A stretch of DNA of 64,000 nt from Octopus vulgaris (Eukaryota): positions 72,850,001 through 72,914,000 of the forward strand of contig OX597825.1 in assembly GCA_951406725.2 (NCBI GenBank). Direction: 5' to 3'. Made by a program: the position numbers and the translations under genes. This document shows positions 40,783 to 55,120 of this stretch, in pieces; position 1 is the stretch's first letter, and each line of letters begins with the position of its first letter. The notes beneath the pieces are model-generated. The model was given only the letters and a program-made list of their open reading frames with translations, made no database searches and was not told the origin of the DNA.

Positions 40783-40952
40783 TGTCTGTCCCCCAGCATC
40801 GCTTGACAACCGATGCTGGTGTGTTTACGTCCCCGTCACTTAGCGGTTCAGCAAAAGAAACCAACAGAATGAGTCCTGGGGTCGATTTGCTCGACTAAAA
40901 GGCGGTGCTCCAGCATGGCCGCAGTCAAATGACTGAAACAAGTAAAAGAGTA
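39353..40952 (+). mobile_element. Cluster of three family A SINE copies (39353-39665, 39735-40072, 40296-40952)
   Basis: Each matches the family A consensus, all in the same orientation. Confidence 0.88.
40472..40644. mobile_element. 173-bp MITE with internal (TTAGGG)2, inserted in SINE (TA)n
   Basis: TIR core CTTCGGTATAGGTACCGGAAGTACC / GGTACTTACGGTACCTATACCGAAG, with GG...CC termini. Confidence 0.85.
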
Positions 40953-41363
40953 AATGTGTAAAGCCTTCACATATAAATTGTGTACAAGTCATGTAGTGTT
41001 AGTTAATGACTGACTTAAAATATTTTTTGTTTTGTAAATAATAATAATACTAAGCTTAAAAGCTTAATATCATCATAGGAAATTATTTTTGCTTTATAAA
41101 CTTTAATTGTTTAAAGTATTTAAATAAAATGGGACTTTTTCTTCCTATCTAAAATTGTGATTTTTTTTTTCTGTGATGTTTTTTTCCATACATTTTCCAT
41201 AACTTTGTTTCCACATAACTTTCAGAAAAATAGATATTTTCTAATGAAATTTTCTGCAAATTCGTTTCCGATGGTGTAGATTAAGATTATATCGATATTT
41301 AATGTGGAAAAAAAAAAGGTGGTCATGCACACATACATACTAACACACATCAAACACACACAT

Positions 41364-41725
41364 AGGCGCAGGAGTGGCTTGCTTACTAACCACATGGTTC
41401 CTGGTTCAGTCCCACTGCGTGGCACCTTGGGAAAGTGTCTTCTACTATAGCCTCGGGCCGACCAAAGCCTTGTGAGTGGATTTGGTAAACGGAAACTGAA
41501 AGAAGCCTGTCGTATATATGTATGTGTGTGTATGTTTGTGTGTCTGTGTTTGTCCCCTAACTTGACAACCGATGGTGGTATGTTTACGTCCCCGTAACTT
41601 ATCGGTTCGGCAAACGATAGTGATAGAATAAGTACTAGGCTTCTAAAGTCCTGGGGTCGATATGCTTAACTAAAAAGGCGGTGCTCCAGCATGGCCACAG
41701 TCAAATGACTGAAACAAAAGAGTAA
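41364..41725 (+). mobile_element. Family A SINE
   Basis: Consensus match with small deletions. Confidence 0.88.
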
Positions 41726-43160
41726 AAAAGTACACATACACACACAGAGACAAACAGACAAACAGGCAGGCAGGCAGACATACAGATAGACACAATGAAA
41801 CCCGAAATTTTGAAAAACATTGTGATGTATGCCAGGATGTATGAATGCACATCAGTTGGGGATTTAGGGCTGTTTTTATTTTTGTTTTTTGTTTTCATTC
41901 TAAATTCCGATAAAATCATAATCTACACCATCTGAAAGGTTGTTTGAAGAAAATTTCATTAAAAAGTATCCATTTGTCAGAAAGTTATGACGAAACAAAA
42001 GTCGGAAACTTGGTTATTGAAAATAGAAATGTGAAGAAATTTGGGGAAAAACATATTTTCCACCTGTGGTAATTCAGAGTAGTGTCGATATTTTCACTTT
42101 CAGTTTGTCGACATAAAACCGAAAGAATGACGAAATTGGATGTTCCGGATTTCAAGATACGAAAAGGAGTTTTCAAAATGGGAAAATAAATTGGCTGATT
42201 TCTTTGCACAGGTAAAAAAAAAATGCATTAAAAAAAAAATTACAAAGGAACAAAGGAACAAAATCCAAGAAGTGAGAGAGACAACCAACGGCAAATTGTA
42301 ACTATGCAAAAAAAAAAAAAAAAAAAACAGAAGGTGATGGTCATGGTTGGAACGCTTTTTAAACAAGATCTTTGTATTAGAAAAACAGTGAGATATTTAA
42401 GGAATTCAACGTTATGAAATAATAGCTAAACCCTCTGTTTGAAGCAGAAACTTTTTAAAAGCTATTTTTTAAAATAATTAAATAGAATCGGAAATTATCT
42501 AGTGCGCCAAAGGCCGTAATTTCTTGGGATCTATGTGATTAAGGCAACATAGATTGCGATTCTGTAGGGAACAATTGGGGACTGGGGTGATTTTTAACCC
42601 TACCTGTCCACCAGTTTTCCGTAAATTTTCATTTAAAATTTTTTTTGAAAACTTTTTGAGGTATTCGTTTTAAATAATAGAGAATATGATCCATCAAAAA
42701 TATCATCATCATCAACCCGTGGACATTACTGGCTCGAGATTTTGGCCTTATTGGACCGGTTATCCGGGAGTTTTTTCCGTGGAATACAAGTGACCAAGAT
42801 CACAAAATTCTCTCTGAACAGGAGACCTGTCCATTGCAAGGTTACTTATTTTTGCCAGCTGTGTTGACTGGAGCAACATGAAATAAAATGTTTTGCTCAC
42901 GGACACAAACCATTTTGCGATCGTGAGTGAGCGCAACACTTTGGCCATTAGGCCATGCGTTTTCACCTTTCCAAAAACATACATAACATAAATCTGGGGG
43001 AAAAAACGGGCAAATAAATAAAATATTGCTGCTGCAAAGGCGCAGGCTTGGTTGTGCGGTTTCCTAAACACATAGTTTCGGGTTCAGTCTCGCTGCATGG
43101 TACCTTGAGCAAGTGTCTACTATATAGCCTTATGGGTGATGGACAGCAATTAAAAGAAGT

Positions 43161-43202
<42 letters not shown>

Positions 43203-44361
43203 TATTTACGCATGTATGTACGTGTCCCATCATTGCCTGACAACCGGTCTTGGTTTGTTTACGGCCCTATAATTTAGTGGTTCGGCAACAAACACCAGAC
43301 TTTTGAGAGAAAAAAAATTAGCACTGGGGTCGATTCGTACGGCTAAAACCCCTCCAGGCGGTGCCCCAGTATAGCCACAGTCAAAGATAGAAAAAGAGGT
43401 AAACTTGTGCCCTCGCCTCGACTTTGTTTCCTCATAACTTCCAGAAAAATGGATAATTTCTTTTAATGAAACTTTCAACAGATACGCTTCAGATGGTGTA
43501 GATTCCCATTATAGCGGAGGTATACACCACCCGTTTTCGGCGCAACAAAAACCCTAACCCTAAACCCTAAACACCAGGTGTACCTATTCTTTACTTTCGC
43601 CCCCATTATATCGGAATTTGATGCGGGAAATTAAAAAATTGTCCGTGAAGAGAGTCAAAACTATTGAAAAGGTTGCAAGACGCAACGAAAATTATAGGAA
43701 AATAAAAATAAGAAAAAAAGTGGAAATTTTACCGGTGAGTGTTACATTATAAGGTACAAAAAGAAAACGACTCTCCCCAGACACAACAGAATATGCTTCA
43801 ACACACGAACTCAAATAAAGAATCTTGCAAACCAAATCCAAAAACGAAATGTCCGTGAAAAGGTTTCGGAAAATTCACATGGGTTGGATTTGTTTCCTCA
43901 TAACTTTCAGAAGAATGGATATGCTTTGGTAAAATTTTCTACAAATCCCTTTCAGATGGTGTAGATTACGAATATATTAGAAGTTTAATATGAAAATTGG
44001 TGGACTCGCACACATATATACTGAATCAAATTACATATTTCTACATAATGAAACTTGAAATTTCGAAAAAAAAGTGACGTGTGCCAATATGTATGTTTGC
44101 GTGCTCACTTTTTTTTTATATATATTAAATTCCGATATCGTAATCTACACATTCTGAAAGATATATATAAGCTATTTCCTAAAGACTTCCGCTCGTACCC
44201 CCTTTTCTCCCAAATTTGTTTATTTAAATAAATTTTTTTGCCAAAAATCCCCCTTTTCGGATACAGAGGTTCCGAAAAATTGCCAAAAATCGTCATTGTG
44301 AAAATTTTTCCCCTCCTTTCCCACTCAACTTCTTCAATTTTAACTGCTTTCCGCAACACTA

Positions 44362-44447
44362 GCCCTAAAACCCTAATCCTAACCGTAACCCTAACCCTAA
44401 AACCCTACAATCCTAACCTAACCCTAATCCTAAAACCGTAACCGTAA
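44362..44447. repeat. Degenerate (CCCTAA)n tract
   Basis: CCCTAAAACCCTAATCCTAACCGTAACCCTAACCCTAA... A shorter similar tract lies at 43550-43571. Confidence 0.8.
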
Positions 44448-45532
44448 GTACAGAAATGTTTTGTAATTTTTATCCGAATCCTGATGTCCGTATTTTTCCG
44501 CATATTTAGAAAAGGAAAAAAAATCTTTAAAAAAAAAACTGGAAAGACTTCTACCCGTACCCCACCCCTCCAACCATTTTCTCCCTAAAAAAAAGGTGGT
44601 TTTTGGAGGGGGACGGGCGGAAGTCTTGTCCAAAATTTCATTGAAAAGTACTAATTTCTCTTAAAGTTATAGGGAAACAAAATCGATTCATGTGAATTTT
44701 CCGAAACTGCTTTACGTCACACGCGCGGAAATTATTTTTCACAAAATTCCGATATAATCGGAATTTTAAACCATCTGAAGCATATTTGTAGAAATTTTAA
44801 TTGAAAAGAACCTATTTTTTCTTAAAATGATAAGGAAACAAGATCGGGCGGAGTGGGGCACTTGTCTAGGTATATCAAAGAGAAAGAAAATGGAAATATT
44901 TCGGGAAAAAATGAAAAGCGAGCGCCTGTAATTTTATGAAAATGCGATGAGTTGGAATTTAATGCTTTTCTTACAATTAATTAATAATTAGTCATAAATA
45001 GTTATTTTAATCAGAAATAGTATTATTACAAGTCACCTTTTAATTATGAACCTGAGAGCTGGTGTTTTTGTTGTAGTTTAGCCACAGGTCAGTCAGTCAC
45101 TCCTCGTTATGATCAAAGTCGTTCCAGTTTTAGTATATTGTCATTTATTCAGAGACACAACAGTATATCTAGGACATTATCGAAATGTTTGAAAGTTTTT
45201 CTCTGTCGCTGTGTGTGTGTGTGTGTGTATGTGTGTGTATAATGTGTGTGTGTGTGGTGTTAGTGCGTGTGTGTGTTGAAATAATGTTCTTTGATGTTCA
45301 TCCTACAATTACAATTAAGTCTAACATAATTTTTTAACTTGTTCCAGTCGCTGGACTATGGCCATGCTGGAACACTGCATTGAAGAGGGTTCAGTCAAGC
45401 AAATGGACCCCAGCCTGGTACTTATTCTGTCGATATCTTTTGCTCAACTGGTAAGTTACAGGGACGTAAACAAAGTATCACCAGTAGTCACGCGGTGGAG
45501 AATAACACGCACCCACACACACACATGCTCAT

Positions 45533-45564
<32 letters not shown>

Positions 45565-45566
45565 CA

Positions 45567-45678
45567 CCACTGCGTGGCACCTTGGACAAGTGTCTTCTAC
45601 TATAGCCTCGGGCCGACCAAAGCCTTGTGAATGGATTTGGTACACGGAAACTGAAAAGAAGCCCGTCGTATATATGTA

Positions 45679-45720
<42 letters not shown>

Positions 45721-45920
45721 TGTCCGAGTTTTCCCCCGACATCGCTTGACAACCGATGCTGTTGTGTTTACGTCCCCGTAACTTAGCGGTTCGGCAAAAG
45801 AGACTGATAGAATAAGTACTGGGCTTACAAAGAATAAGTCCTGGTGTCAATATGCTCGACTAAAGGCGGTGCTCCAGCATGGCCACAGTCAAATGACTGA
45901 AACAAGTAAAGAGTAAAGAG
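45567..45920 (+). mobile_element. 5'-truncated family A SINE
   Basis: Consensus match. Shares the GTCCGAGTTTTCCCCCGACATC subfamily variant with 39735-40072. Confidence 0.88.
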
Positions 45921-45928
45921 AATGAATG

Positions 45929-45970
<42 letters not shown>

Positions 45971-46452
45971 TAAATTACGGTATATATACTATATGAGTGA
46001 CAATGATTCATACGCACATATCGGTTAGTAGTGTATGTATGTATGTATGCATGTATGACGAGCTTCCATACAGTTTCCGTCAACCAAATTCACTCCCAAG
46101 GCATTTGGTCGGTGAAGGCTGTAGAAGACACACTGAAGATGCCATTCAGTGGGACTGAACTCAAAACCATGCGACTGAGAAGCAAGCTTTTTTATACATC
46201 ATATATATATATTTCACAATATTCTTGCTAATTGTTACCTTTATGAATCCCAAGTTTTCTGAACTTTCATTTTTTTTTCCATTTCCACTACAAACCGATT
46301 GTGTGCATGCGTTAGTGTCACTTATAAAATTGAACAATCTCGGGGAAAAAATAGTGTGTGTATATATATGTCGCTCTGTGTGTGTGTGTGTATTGCATAT
46401 TGTATATATGTGCGTGTTGCTTTCGTTTATAGTTGTTATATATCGCTGGATA

Positions 46453-46496
<44 letters not shown>

Positions 46497-47026
46497 TGTT
46501 TGTGTGTGTATGTGCTTATTTGTGTGTGTGTTTGTGTTTGTGTGTTTATGTTTGTGTGTGTGTGTGTGTACATAATCTCTGAATAAACATAAGTGAGAGT
46601 GTGTGTGTTTGTGTGTGTGTGTGTACGTAATCTCTGAATAAGTATAAGTGTGTGTGTGTGCGTGCGTATGAATCGTTGTATGTGTATGTGAGCATGTTTC
46701 TGTTATAAATGCGTGCATGTGTACCGCAGTACAGTGTGTGTTCCACTTTACAGTACATGTGTGTGTGTATGTATGTATGTGCGTATGTGTGTATGTATGT
46801 ATGTAGTGTGTGTGTATGTATGTACATCGTATTATAGGAGTATATTTGGGTGTACATATCGCACCATAGTGTGTGTATATTGCTTGAAACAAACACACAC
46901 AAACGAGAGAGAGAGAGAGAAAGAAAGAATGTAATGTTTTTATATACAAGTTTGGTTTCCAAGACACGCATAAACATCACAGAGTGATGGACTAATAACA
47001 AACTATACAAAGAGAAAAATACTAAC

Positions 47027-47165
47027 CCACAATAATAATAAGGATATCGAGATTTTCCCAATGATATTAATACAAAACACGGAAAAAAGCTCCGCATTTC
47101 ATTTATATATACATGTAGTGTATTATGTAGGTCCCAGTTTCCAAACAAATGTAAATAAGTACCGT
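47027..47165 (-). other. Candidate exon (139 bp)
   Basis: Unique sequence between TTTTAATTAATTAG| and |GTTAGT. One frame is open (GTYLHLFGNWD...MRSFFPCFVLISLG...YYCG). Confidence 0.25.
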
Positions 47166-47287
47166 CTAATTAATTAAAAGCAGTACAAGTATTATATATA
47201 TATGTACTCGTGTTGTTACTCTGAGTTTCGTGCATGTGTTACTGTTTATGTAATTGATAGGAAGATCGTGTAATATGTGTGTATATG

Positions 47288-47335
<48 letters not shown>

Positions 47336-47444
47336 TATATAGCATCAAGTCACCCTTCATGTGTGTGTATACTTATATATATATGTATGTGTATAAATAT
47401 ATATATATGTGTGTGTGTGTGTATACATACATATACGATCTATG

Positions 47445-47544
<100 letters not shown>

Positions 47545-47618
47545 ATTAGGCGATCTATGGATATATATATATATATAAAAACAAAGTCAATACATGTGTG
47601 TGTGTTTTTATACACATA

Positions 47619-47771
47619 CAGGGCGGCCTTCGTAATATTATATAGGCCCTGTAATTATTGATGTGTTGATAGCAAGCCCCGCTGCAAACATAGATTTTAA
47701 GAATTGGGCCCCTAGATCCGCGAGGTCCCTAAACAACTGCACGGTGTGTCCATATCTTAAGACGACACTGC
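47619..47771 (+). mobile_element. hAT/Tip100-like MITE
   Basis: Ends CAGGGCGGCCTT ... TTAAGACGACACTG. Confidence 0.55.
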
Positions 47772-48161
47772 ATGTCTGTAGATGGATGGTTGGATGCCTA
47801 CACGCTAGCCTTTATAAAACCACATCGTCTATGTAACATGGAACAAATCCCAAATTTACCACATGTTTGTGTAGCGTAAATGTTAGGGTGGGTAGGTACT
47901 TGTCTATATTAAAGATCGCCTGTATATATATATATACACACAAATATATATATATATATACACACACAAGGGTGCCCATTGCAGGGAAAGTTAAAAAGAG
48001 GTGCAGGTGGTCGTTTAGAAACTGGACTGGCAAAACTGGAGCGATGGGGGTAGACGTACAGAAGGAAGAAAGTTTAAAATTTTTACAGGAAAAGGAAAAA
48101 ATTAATTGAAAATAAATCGGAGAAAGAAGAAAGGAAAAACCAAAAAGAAAAATCCACCTAC

Positions 48162-48238
48162 CGGCTGAGAAAGATTATAAAGTTCCGTTATACATGTTTG
48201 AAGTTCCGACGTAAGTCTGACAGATTTGCCTAAGTCTC
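48162..48238 (-). other. Candidate exon (77 bp)
   Basis: CAG|GAGACTTAGG...CAGCCG|GTAGGT with open frame DLGKSVRLTSELQTCITELYNLSQP. The acceptor lacks a polypyrimidine tract. Confidence 0.3.
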
Positions 48239-48653
48239 CTGTGTGTATATGTGTGTGTATGTGCGTGTGTGTATAAGTGCAGGGACTGACCTGGTAATGT
48301 GTGTGTATGTGTATGTACAAGTGTGGAGACTGACCTGTTAACATGTGTGTGTGTGTATGTACAGGAGTAGGACTGGCCTGCTAGTATGTATGTGTATGTG
48401 TGAATAGCATGGTGAATGTGTGTTACGTGTGCATATGTATATGTATATGAATGTATTTGTATGTGACTAGCATAATAGATGTTGAGTTAAGTGTTTGTGC
48501 GTGTGTGACTAATATACAACATGTATGTTGTGTGTATGTATGTGAATGTATGCGAGTAAGTGTATTTGTATATGTGTGTGTGAGAGAGATGGTAGAATGT
48601 TTATGTATGCGAGACTATATGGGGACTGTTCGAGGTGACGGTTAGGGGTGTAC

Positions 48654-48693
<40 letters not shown>

Positions 48694-49856
48694 GTATGGG
48701 GAGGGCTATGTATGTATGAGGTGAGTGCGTGAAAGTACATGAATTGTGGTACACACACACACACACATACATGTGTGTGTGTGTGGAAATATGCAACTGA
48801 TGGTGCTGTGTGTGTGTGTGTGTATGTGTATGTGCGTGAAAGTGTGAGACAGGTTGTAGCGAGGGCGGCGATGGCGTGTGTATGTATGTATGTATGTGTA
48901 TATACATACAGAGGTATGAGCTCGTTGCGTTAATGTATTTATGTATGTGTATGTAAGAACGAGACTGTTGTTTATCTAGCACCAGGTCAGCTCTGACCGG
49001 CTAGACCTATAATCAAAAACATCCCTGCCGTGACCATCCCGTCTTTTTCCGTACGTGTTAAGGGAACCCAAGATGATATAATCGTTTTCTGTTTTTTCAA
49101 TCTACGGCGGAAGGGTATGATTTAAGGGAAATTTGATTGATATATATCTAGTAAGACATTCCCGCCGCGACCATCCCGCCTTTTTCCTACGTGTAGTGGG
49201 AAACCCAGAATGGCATTCTACTAAGTCCTTTTGTCTCTTTTTCTACGACGGTAGGGTATGATTTAAGGAAGATTTCACTGCTATTTCTAGCATGTCAAGC
49301 GACCACGTTGATGGGGTAGTGTTGACAATAGAATGCCCTCGCATGCCTGATAATTACTGCTGCTGAAGTTAATTAAATAAGAATGATTTCTACCATAAGC
49401 ACGAAGCCAGAAATTGTAAGAACGCGGTAAACTTTGACCTGCTCCCTTATAAATTCCTGAAACTTCATGTTATCGACCCCCGGAAAGATAAACGAGCAAA
49501 GACGACTTCGGCGGGATTCGAACCCAGATTATAAAGAGCTGTAACTAAAATATCTCAGGATATATATATATATATATTTTTTTTTTTTCTGGTCAAACAT
49601 TCTTATGATTCTGCTAATTCGCCAACTGTTAACAAATGTTTATATTAGCCACAAGGGTAACATAAACATAAACACACACAAAAATAATTTTAATTATGTA
49701 TATTCTAATGCATAGGTTATTAATTAATAATTATAATCGTTATTGATGGTGTTGTTGTTATTGTTGTCACACGGGTACGATTTGCTAATCGTTGCTGTTG
49801 TTGATGTTGCTTGCATTACTAATAGTAACAAGTTGTATTTGACAGCTCCGTGTGTG

Positions 49857-49889
<33 letters not shown>

Positions 49890-50145
49890 CCAAAAACTTA
49901 CTGCAGCTACACACACATACATACATACACACACACACATACACACACATACATACATACACACACACACACATACACACACGCATGTATACGGACACAT
50001 ATACACAGGCATGCACTCACACAGACAGGCATATTTACATTTATTGAAATAATCCCGCACAAATACTTATATACACACACACATATACACACTGAAATAA
50101 TTGCGCAGGCTCATACATACAAATACACACATGTGTGTATGTGTG

Positions 50146-50189
<44 letters not shown>

Positions 50190-50283
50190 TAATTATATAT
50201 AATATAATGTATATATACATACAGACATGCGTAATTATATATAATGTATATGTCTATATATATTATATATATATATTAATACA

Positions 50284-50360
<77 letters not shown>

Positions 50361-50377
50361 GTGTGTGTGTCTGTGTG

Positions 50378-50474
<97 letters not shown>

Positions 50475-50678
50475 TATATATTCATATATATAATTATAAA
50501 TATATATTTACACACATACATACACTAGGTAGATATGCAATTTCCTGCATATAAAACGTACATGTGTGTCCGAGAGAGAGAGAGAGAGAGAGAGAAAGAG
50601 CGTAGTCATGTAAACATATAAAAATATACACCCACCCATAAATAAATACATATCTACACAGAACTTTTATAAACTTAC

Positions 50679-50945
50679 CTGTTTCCGCTGCCGTCGCTTG
50701 CCAACCTCAAACCACAAAACTTGAAAGAAATCTTGTCAAAAAAAAAAAAAACACCCTGTCACCACCACCACCACCACCACCATCATCATCATTAACAATG
50801 CCACCATCACCATCACCATCTCCATCTCCATCGTCATCACAGTCATTAATATCAAGCAATACAATAACAAAAGCGACAGATCCACAATAACAAAACCGAC
50901 AATAGACACAGAACTTCATATTTATTTAGTGGAGGTAATGCCGTC
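50679..50945 (-). other. Candidate first (5'UTR) exon of a minus-strand gene
   Basis: Perfect donor CAG|GTAAGT (50678-50673) with CpG-retaining unique sequence at both ends. The 5' boundary is approximate. Confidence 0.4.
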
Positions 50946-51969
50946 CGAAAAGCATGGGCAGCTGCTCAAGTTTGGGGCCACGGGTCGTAGGGTCGCATTT
51001 CTAAGCTGTGTGTGTTTATGCTTTGCACAATAAGTAATTCCTAAAGGACCTTATGAATTGCTTTGCTTTGTTCGGGAGCTCGTAATATTGTTAAAACAGC
51101 TCCGAGGAGTAAGGTGTAGTTCTGAGTACTTTGTGTGTTGTTTTAGTGGTCTGCAAAAGGACAGGGATGAGAGGCGAAATTTGCCCTAATATAATAATCG
51201 TTTCTGCTATTCGTACAAGGCCTGCATTGTTAGTGGAGGAGGACAATTGATTATATCGACTCCAGTGCTCGACTACTACTTATTTCATCGACCCCGAAAG
51301 GACGAAAAGCCAAGTTGACCTAGACAGCATTTGAACTCAGACCGTAAAGCCGAAAGAAATACTGTTATGTATTTTGTCCGGAATGCTGACAATTCTGCCT
51401 TAGTAATGATCATTCATTCTACTAAAGGCACAAGGTCTGAAATTTGGCAGGAGAAGACTCTAGTCGATTACATCGACCCCAGTACTCAACTGGTACTTAT
51501 TTCATCGACTCCCTAAAGGATGAAAAGCAAAGTCAACATCAATGGAATTTGAACTCAGAATGTAAAACAGACGAAATGACCATAAGTTACAGAAACAATA
51601 CAATATTTTTAAAAATTAAAGCGATATTTTTATATTTTATCGACCCATTCAACATGAACAGAAAGATTGAAAAGTTAAGTTGACATTGAGTGAGATTTGA
51701 AATTGCAGTCAGAATAATGATCTTAACTAGAAATCCAATAAATATTTGTTCAATGAAACTACCGATTTCTAAATTAGAGACCATCTTATCACGACATATC
51801 TACAGAAGTGTACATCTCTCCCGACTTTGTTTCTTCAAAACTTTTAGAAAAATGGACTTGTGTAGGTATATGCCTTTGTCGCAAATGTTACAGATAGCGA
51901 GACATTGTATACAACCGACTCTTCTATCGGTTATACGAGAAGACTAAGAAAGACGAGCACCAAGAATAT

Positions 51970-52480
51970 TCTTTTCTACTCTAGGCACAAGACAACTGGT
52001 ACTTAATTTTTCGACCCCCGAAAAGATGAAAGACAAAGGACCTTATGAATTGTTTTGCTTTGTTCGGGAGCCCATAATATTGTTAAAACGACTCCGAGTA
52101 CTTTGTGTGTTGTCTTAGCGGTCTGCAAAAGGACAGGGATTTCAGGCGAAATATGCCCTAATATAATATAATAATCGGAATTTGAACTCAGAACGTAAAG
52201 ACAGATGAAATACCGCTAAGCATTTTGCCCAGCGTACTAACGTTTCTTATTTCTTTATTGCCCACAAGGGGCTAAACATAGGGGGGACAAACAAGGTCAG
52301 ACATAGGTATTAAGTCGATTATATCGACTCCAGTGGGTAACTGGCACTTAATTTATCGACCCCGAAAGGATGAAAGGCAAAGTCGACCTCAGCGGAATTT
52401 GAATTCAGAACGTAAAGACAGGTGAAATACTGCTAAGCATTTCGCCCGGCGTGCTAACGTTTCTTGTCAGCTCGCTGCCT
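51970..52480 (-). mobile_element. Family C/C2 SINE pair; the left copy is interrupted by a captured local sequence
   Basis: SINE sequence resumes at GGAATTTGAACTCAG (52177) after the insert 52035-52177. Confidence 0.8.
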
Positions 52481-53939
52481 AGAGCATCGAGAATATTACA
52501 TAGAAAATACGAAAGAAGACAAAAAATGAAAAATAAACGAATTATTTCTTTTAATCGCCTCAAGGATCTATCTTAAACACTGAACGGCAGTACAAAGACA
52601 ATGGAGTTCAGATCGAACAAAGGGTTCGCTAATAGCTATTTCTAATATAGGCACGAGCCAAGCCATTCTTAAAGAGAGGCTGTTACTAGATTACATCAAT
52701 CTTTGGACGTTATTTTATTGGCTCTTAGAGGGACGGAAGTTAAAGTTGACCTCGGAGGGGTTTGAACTCAGAACATAAAGTACTAGAAGAAATACAGCAA
52801 GATGTTTTGTCCTACGCCAGAAATAATAAACCTTTCTACTATAGGCATAAAGCATAAGACCTGAAATTTGGGCGGGATTCCTTCTACTTTTGCCCCGGGG
52901 CTATCAAACCTTTGTGAGTAGATTTAGTAGATGGAAACTGAAGGAAGCCCATCGTGTGTGTGTGTGTGTGTGTGTCCTCCACCACCACTTGACAACCGAT
53001 GCTGGTTTGTTTGCGTTCACTAACTTAGCGGCTAGGCGTTAAACATCGATACAAATACAACCAGGTTTTTTTTTAAAGCAAGCTTTTTAAAGCATCGGCT
53101 GGGGCCGATGTGGTCCCAGCATGGTCGCAGTCGAATGACTGAAGCAAGTAAAAAGAATAAAAGATAAAACACCGTTTACAAGATATATGTGAATACATGC
53201 ATACTGAGGGCATTCTTGTAAAGGAAAGTCTCGAACAAGGATTTTCTTAAGAAAAGCTTTCTGGGAAAGACACGAGGATTTTGTTGTTGTTTTTATATAT
53301 ATATGATTGATTGATTGATTCTAGTTTCAGCTCACGAGCTGTGGCCATGCTGGGGCACCGCCATTTGCTGGGGCACCGCCATTAAAAAAAGTATCATGAG
53401 CATCGGCCGAGAATATATATTTTAATGTTTTAGGAAAATGAGAATAGTTAATTAAATCGTACTTGGCTGGTTATTTAAATTTACTGAAACCCCACACCGA
53501 AGTATGAAGACCCGACCATCACGACAATGACTCAAAAGAAAGTAATAATAATAATGATGATGATGATGATGATGACGATGATGATGTGGTGGGGGAGGGT
53601 GAGATTATGATGGTGATAATCATGATGATGATGATGACGACGACAACGGCGATGGTGGTGGTGGCGTTTTAGGGGGGTTTTTTGTTCTTTTTTGTCTAGC
53701 ACGAAGGAGAAAGCCAGAAATTTGAGGCAAGTGGTAGGAGGTGGGGGGGGTAGGTTATTAGTGTGGAATAAAAATAATAACTAATTAACAGTTAAAAAAT
53801 CTTTCGTTCCACTTTCAAACTGTCAAATACAGTTTACTTGTTGCCTTTCCTCGTTACCTTTTTACTTCAAAGTTTGTCAGTTCACAGTCACCATTCGGCT
53901 TCGTTTTATTTTTCTCGTCTTTTCATTTTTTTTTATTCT

Positions 53940-53996
53940 ATAAGGAAAGGAGTGAGACGAGAGAGAGAAGGAAAGAGAGGATGAGAGGAATACATA

Positions 53997-54035
<39 letters not shown>

Positions 54036-54713
54036 CTTATCGGAAATACTGGGAGTTGAGAGAGGGAGATATCAGAAGGAATGGGAAACGGGAGAAACAT
54101 GAGAGAGAGAGGGAGGGAGACGAAGGATATGAGAGAGTGGGAGGCATAGAATGAGAGATGAGAGAGACGTGAGAAAGGGGAACGTATAAGAAAGAGGGAG
54201 AGATGAGAGACATAAGAACGAGAGAGACAGAGAGAGGGACATGAGAGAGAGACAGAGAGACAGAGGAAGATGAGAGAGAACAAGTTGAGAGATTGATTTA
54301 TAAAAGGAAGAAAAGGTAGATAAGGGAAGGAGGAGATGAAGAAGGGGAGGAGGAATGGACAGAGTAGAAAAGAAGAAAAAGAAGGGGAGACTGTAAGAAA
54401 GAAGAAAAAGAAAAGAGGAGAAAAAGGAGAGATAGAATGTGGTGGGAAACAACAGTAGAGAGAGAGAGAGAGGGAGGCGCTGTAAAGAAGAGTGTCGGAA
54501 AGGAAGAGAGGGAGAGAGAGAGAGGGGGGAACATGAGAGAGAAAGTGAGAGAAAGAAAGAAAGAGAAATATGTGAAAAGTTGACATTACCATAGTAACGG
54601 TGAATCCAAACATTTGTCCGCACGAAACAAGTACTTGAGTTGAAGTTGATGTCTTAAATAAACTCTCTCTTTCCCCCACCTCGCTCAATCCATCTCACTC
54701 TGTCTATCTTTCG

Positions 54714-54745
<32 letters not shown>

Positions 54746-54754
54746 GTCTGTCCC

Positions 54755-54821
<67 letters not shown>

Positions 54822-54870
54822 GTCTGTCTGTCTCTCTGTCTATCTATCTGTCTATCTTTCGCTCTCTCTT

Positions 54871-54956
<86 letters not shown>

Positions 54957-55010
54957 GTCTATCTGTCTGTCTGTCTGTCTATCTCTCTCTCTCTATATAT
55001 ATATATATAC
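53940..55010. repeat. Purine-rich (GA)n tract followed by (CTAT)n/(CTGT)n microsatellites
   Basis: Direct inspection. A ~120-bp unique spacer lies at 54570-54690. Confidence 0.9.
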
Positions 55011-55120
55011 TCTTTAACCTGTTTCAGCTTTAAAGCTGCGGTCATGCTGGGGCACCACTCTTTCTTTCTTTCTCTCTCTCCCTCTCTGTAAAAAAATATA
55101 TATATATATATATTCTAGCA

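Larger units (their letters stand above)
41200..44850. repeat. Local cluster of ~7 diverged copies of a ~110-bp repeat in both orientations
   Basis: TTTGTTTCCTCATAACTTTCAGAA...TTCAGATGGTGTAGATT at ~41202(+), 41895(-), 43421(+), 43890(+), 44125(-), 44630(-) and 44745(-). Confidence 0.7.

Noticed and set aside
44362-44447. True telomere or chromosome-fusion site
   Set aside because: Short, degenerate, single orientation and embedded in MITE-like sequence.
48089-48210. Plus-strand exon (TTTTACAG|...|GTAAGT, Lys-rich open frame)
   Set aside because: A-rich low complexity with no supporting plus-strand partner exons. It cannot be fully excluded.
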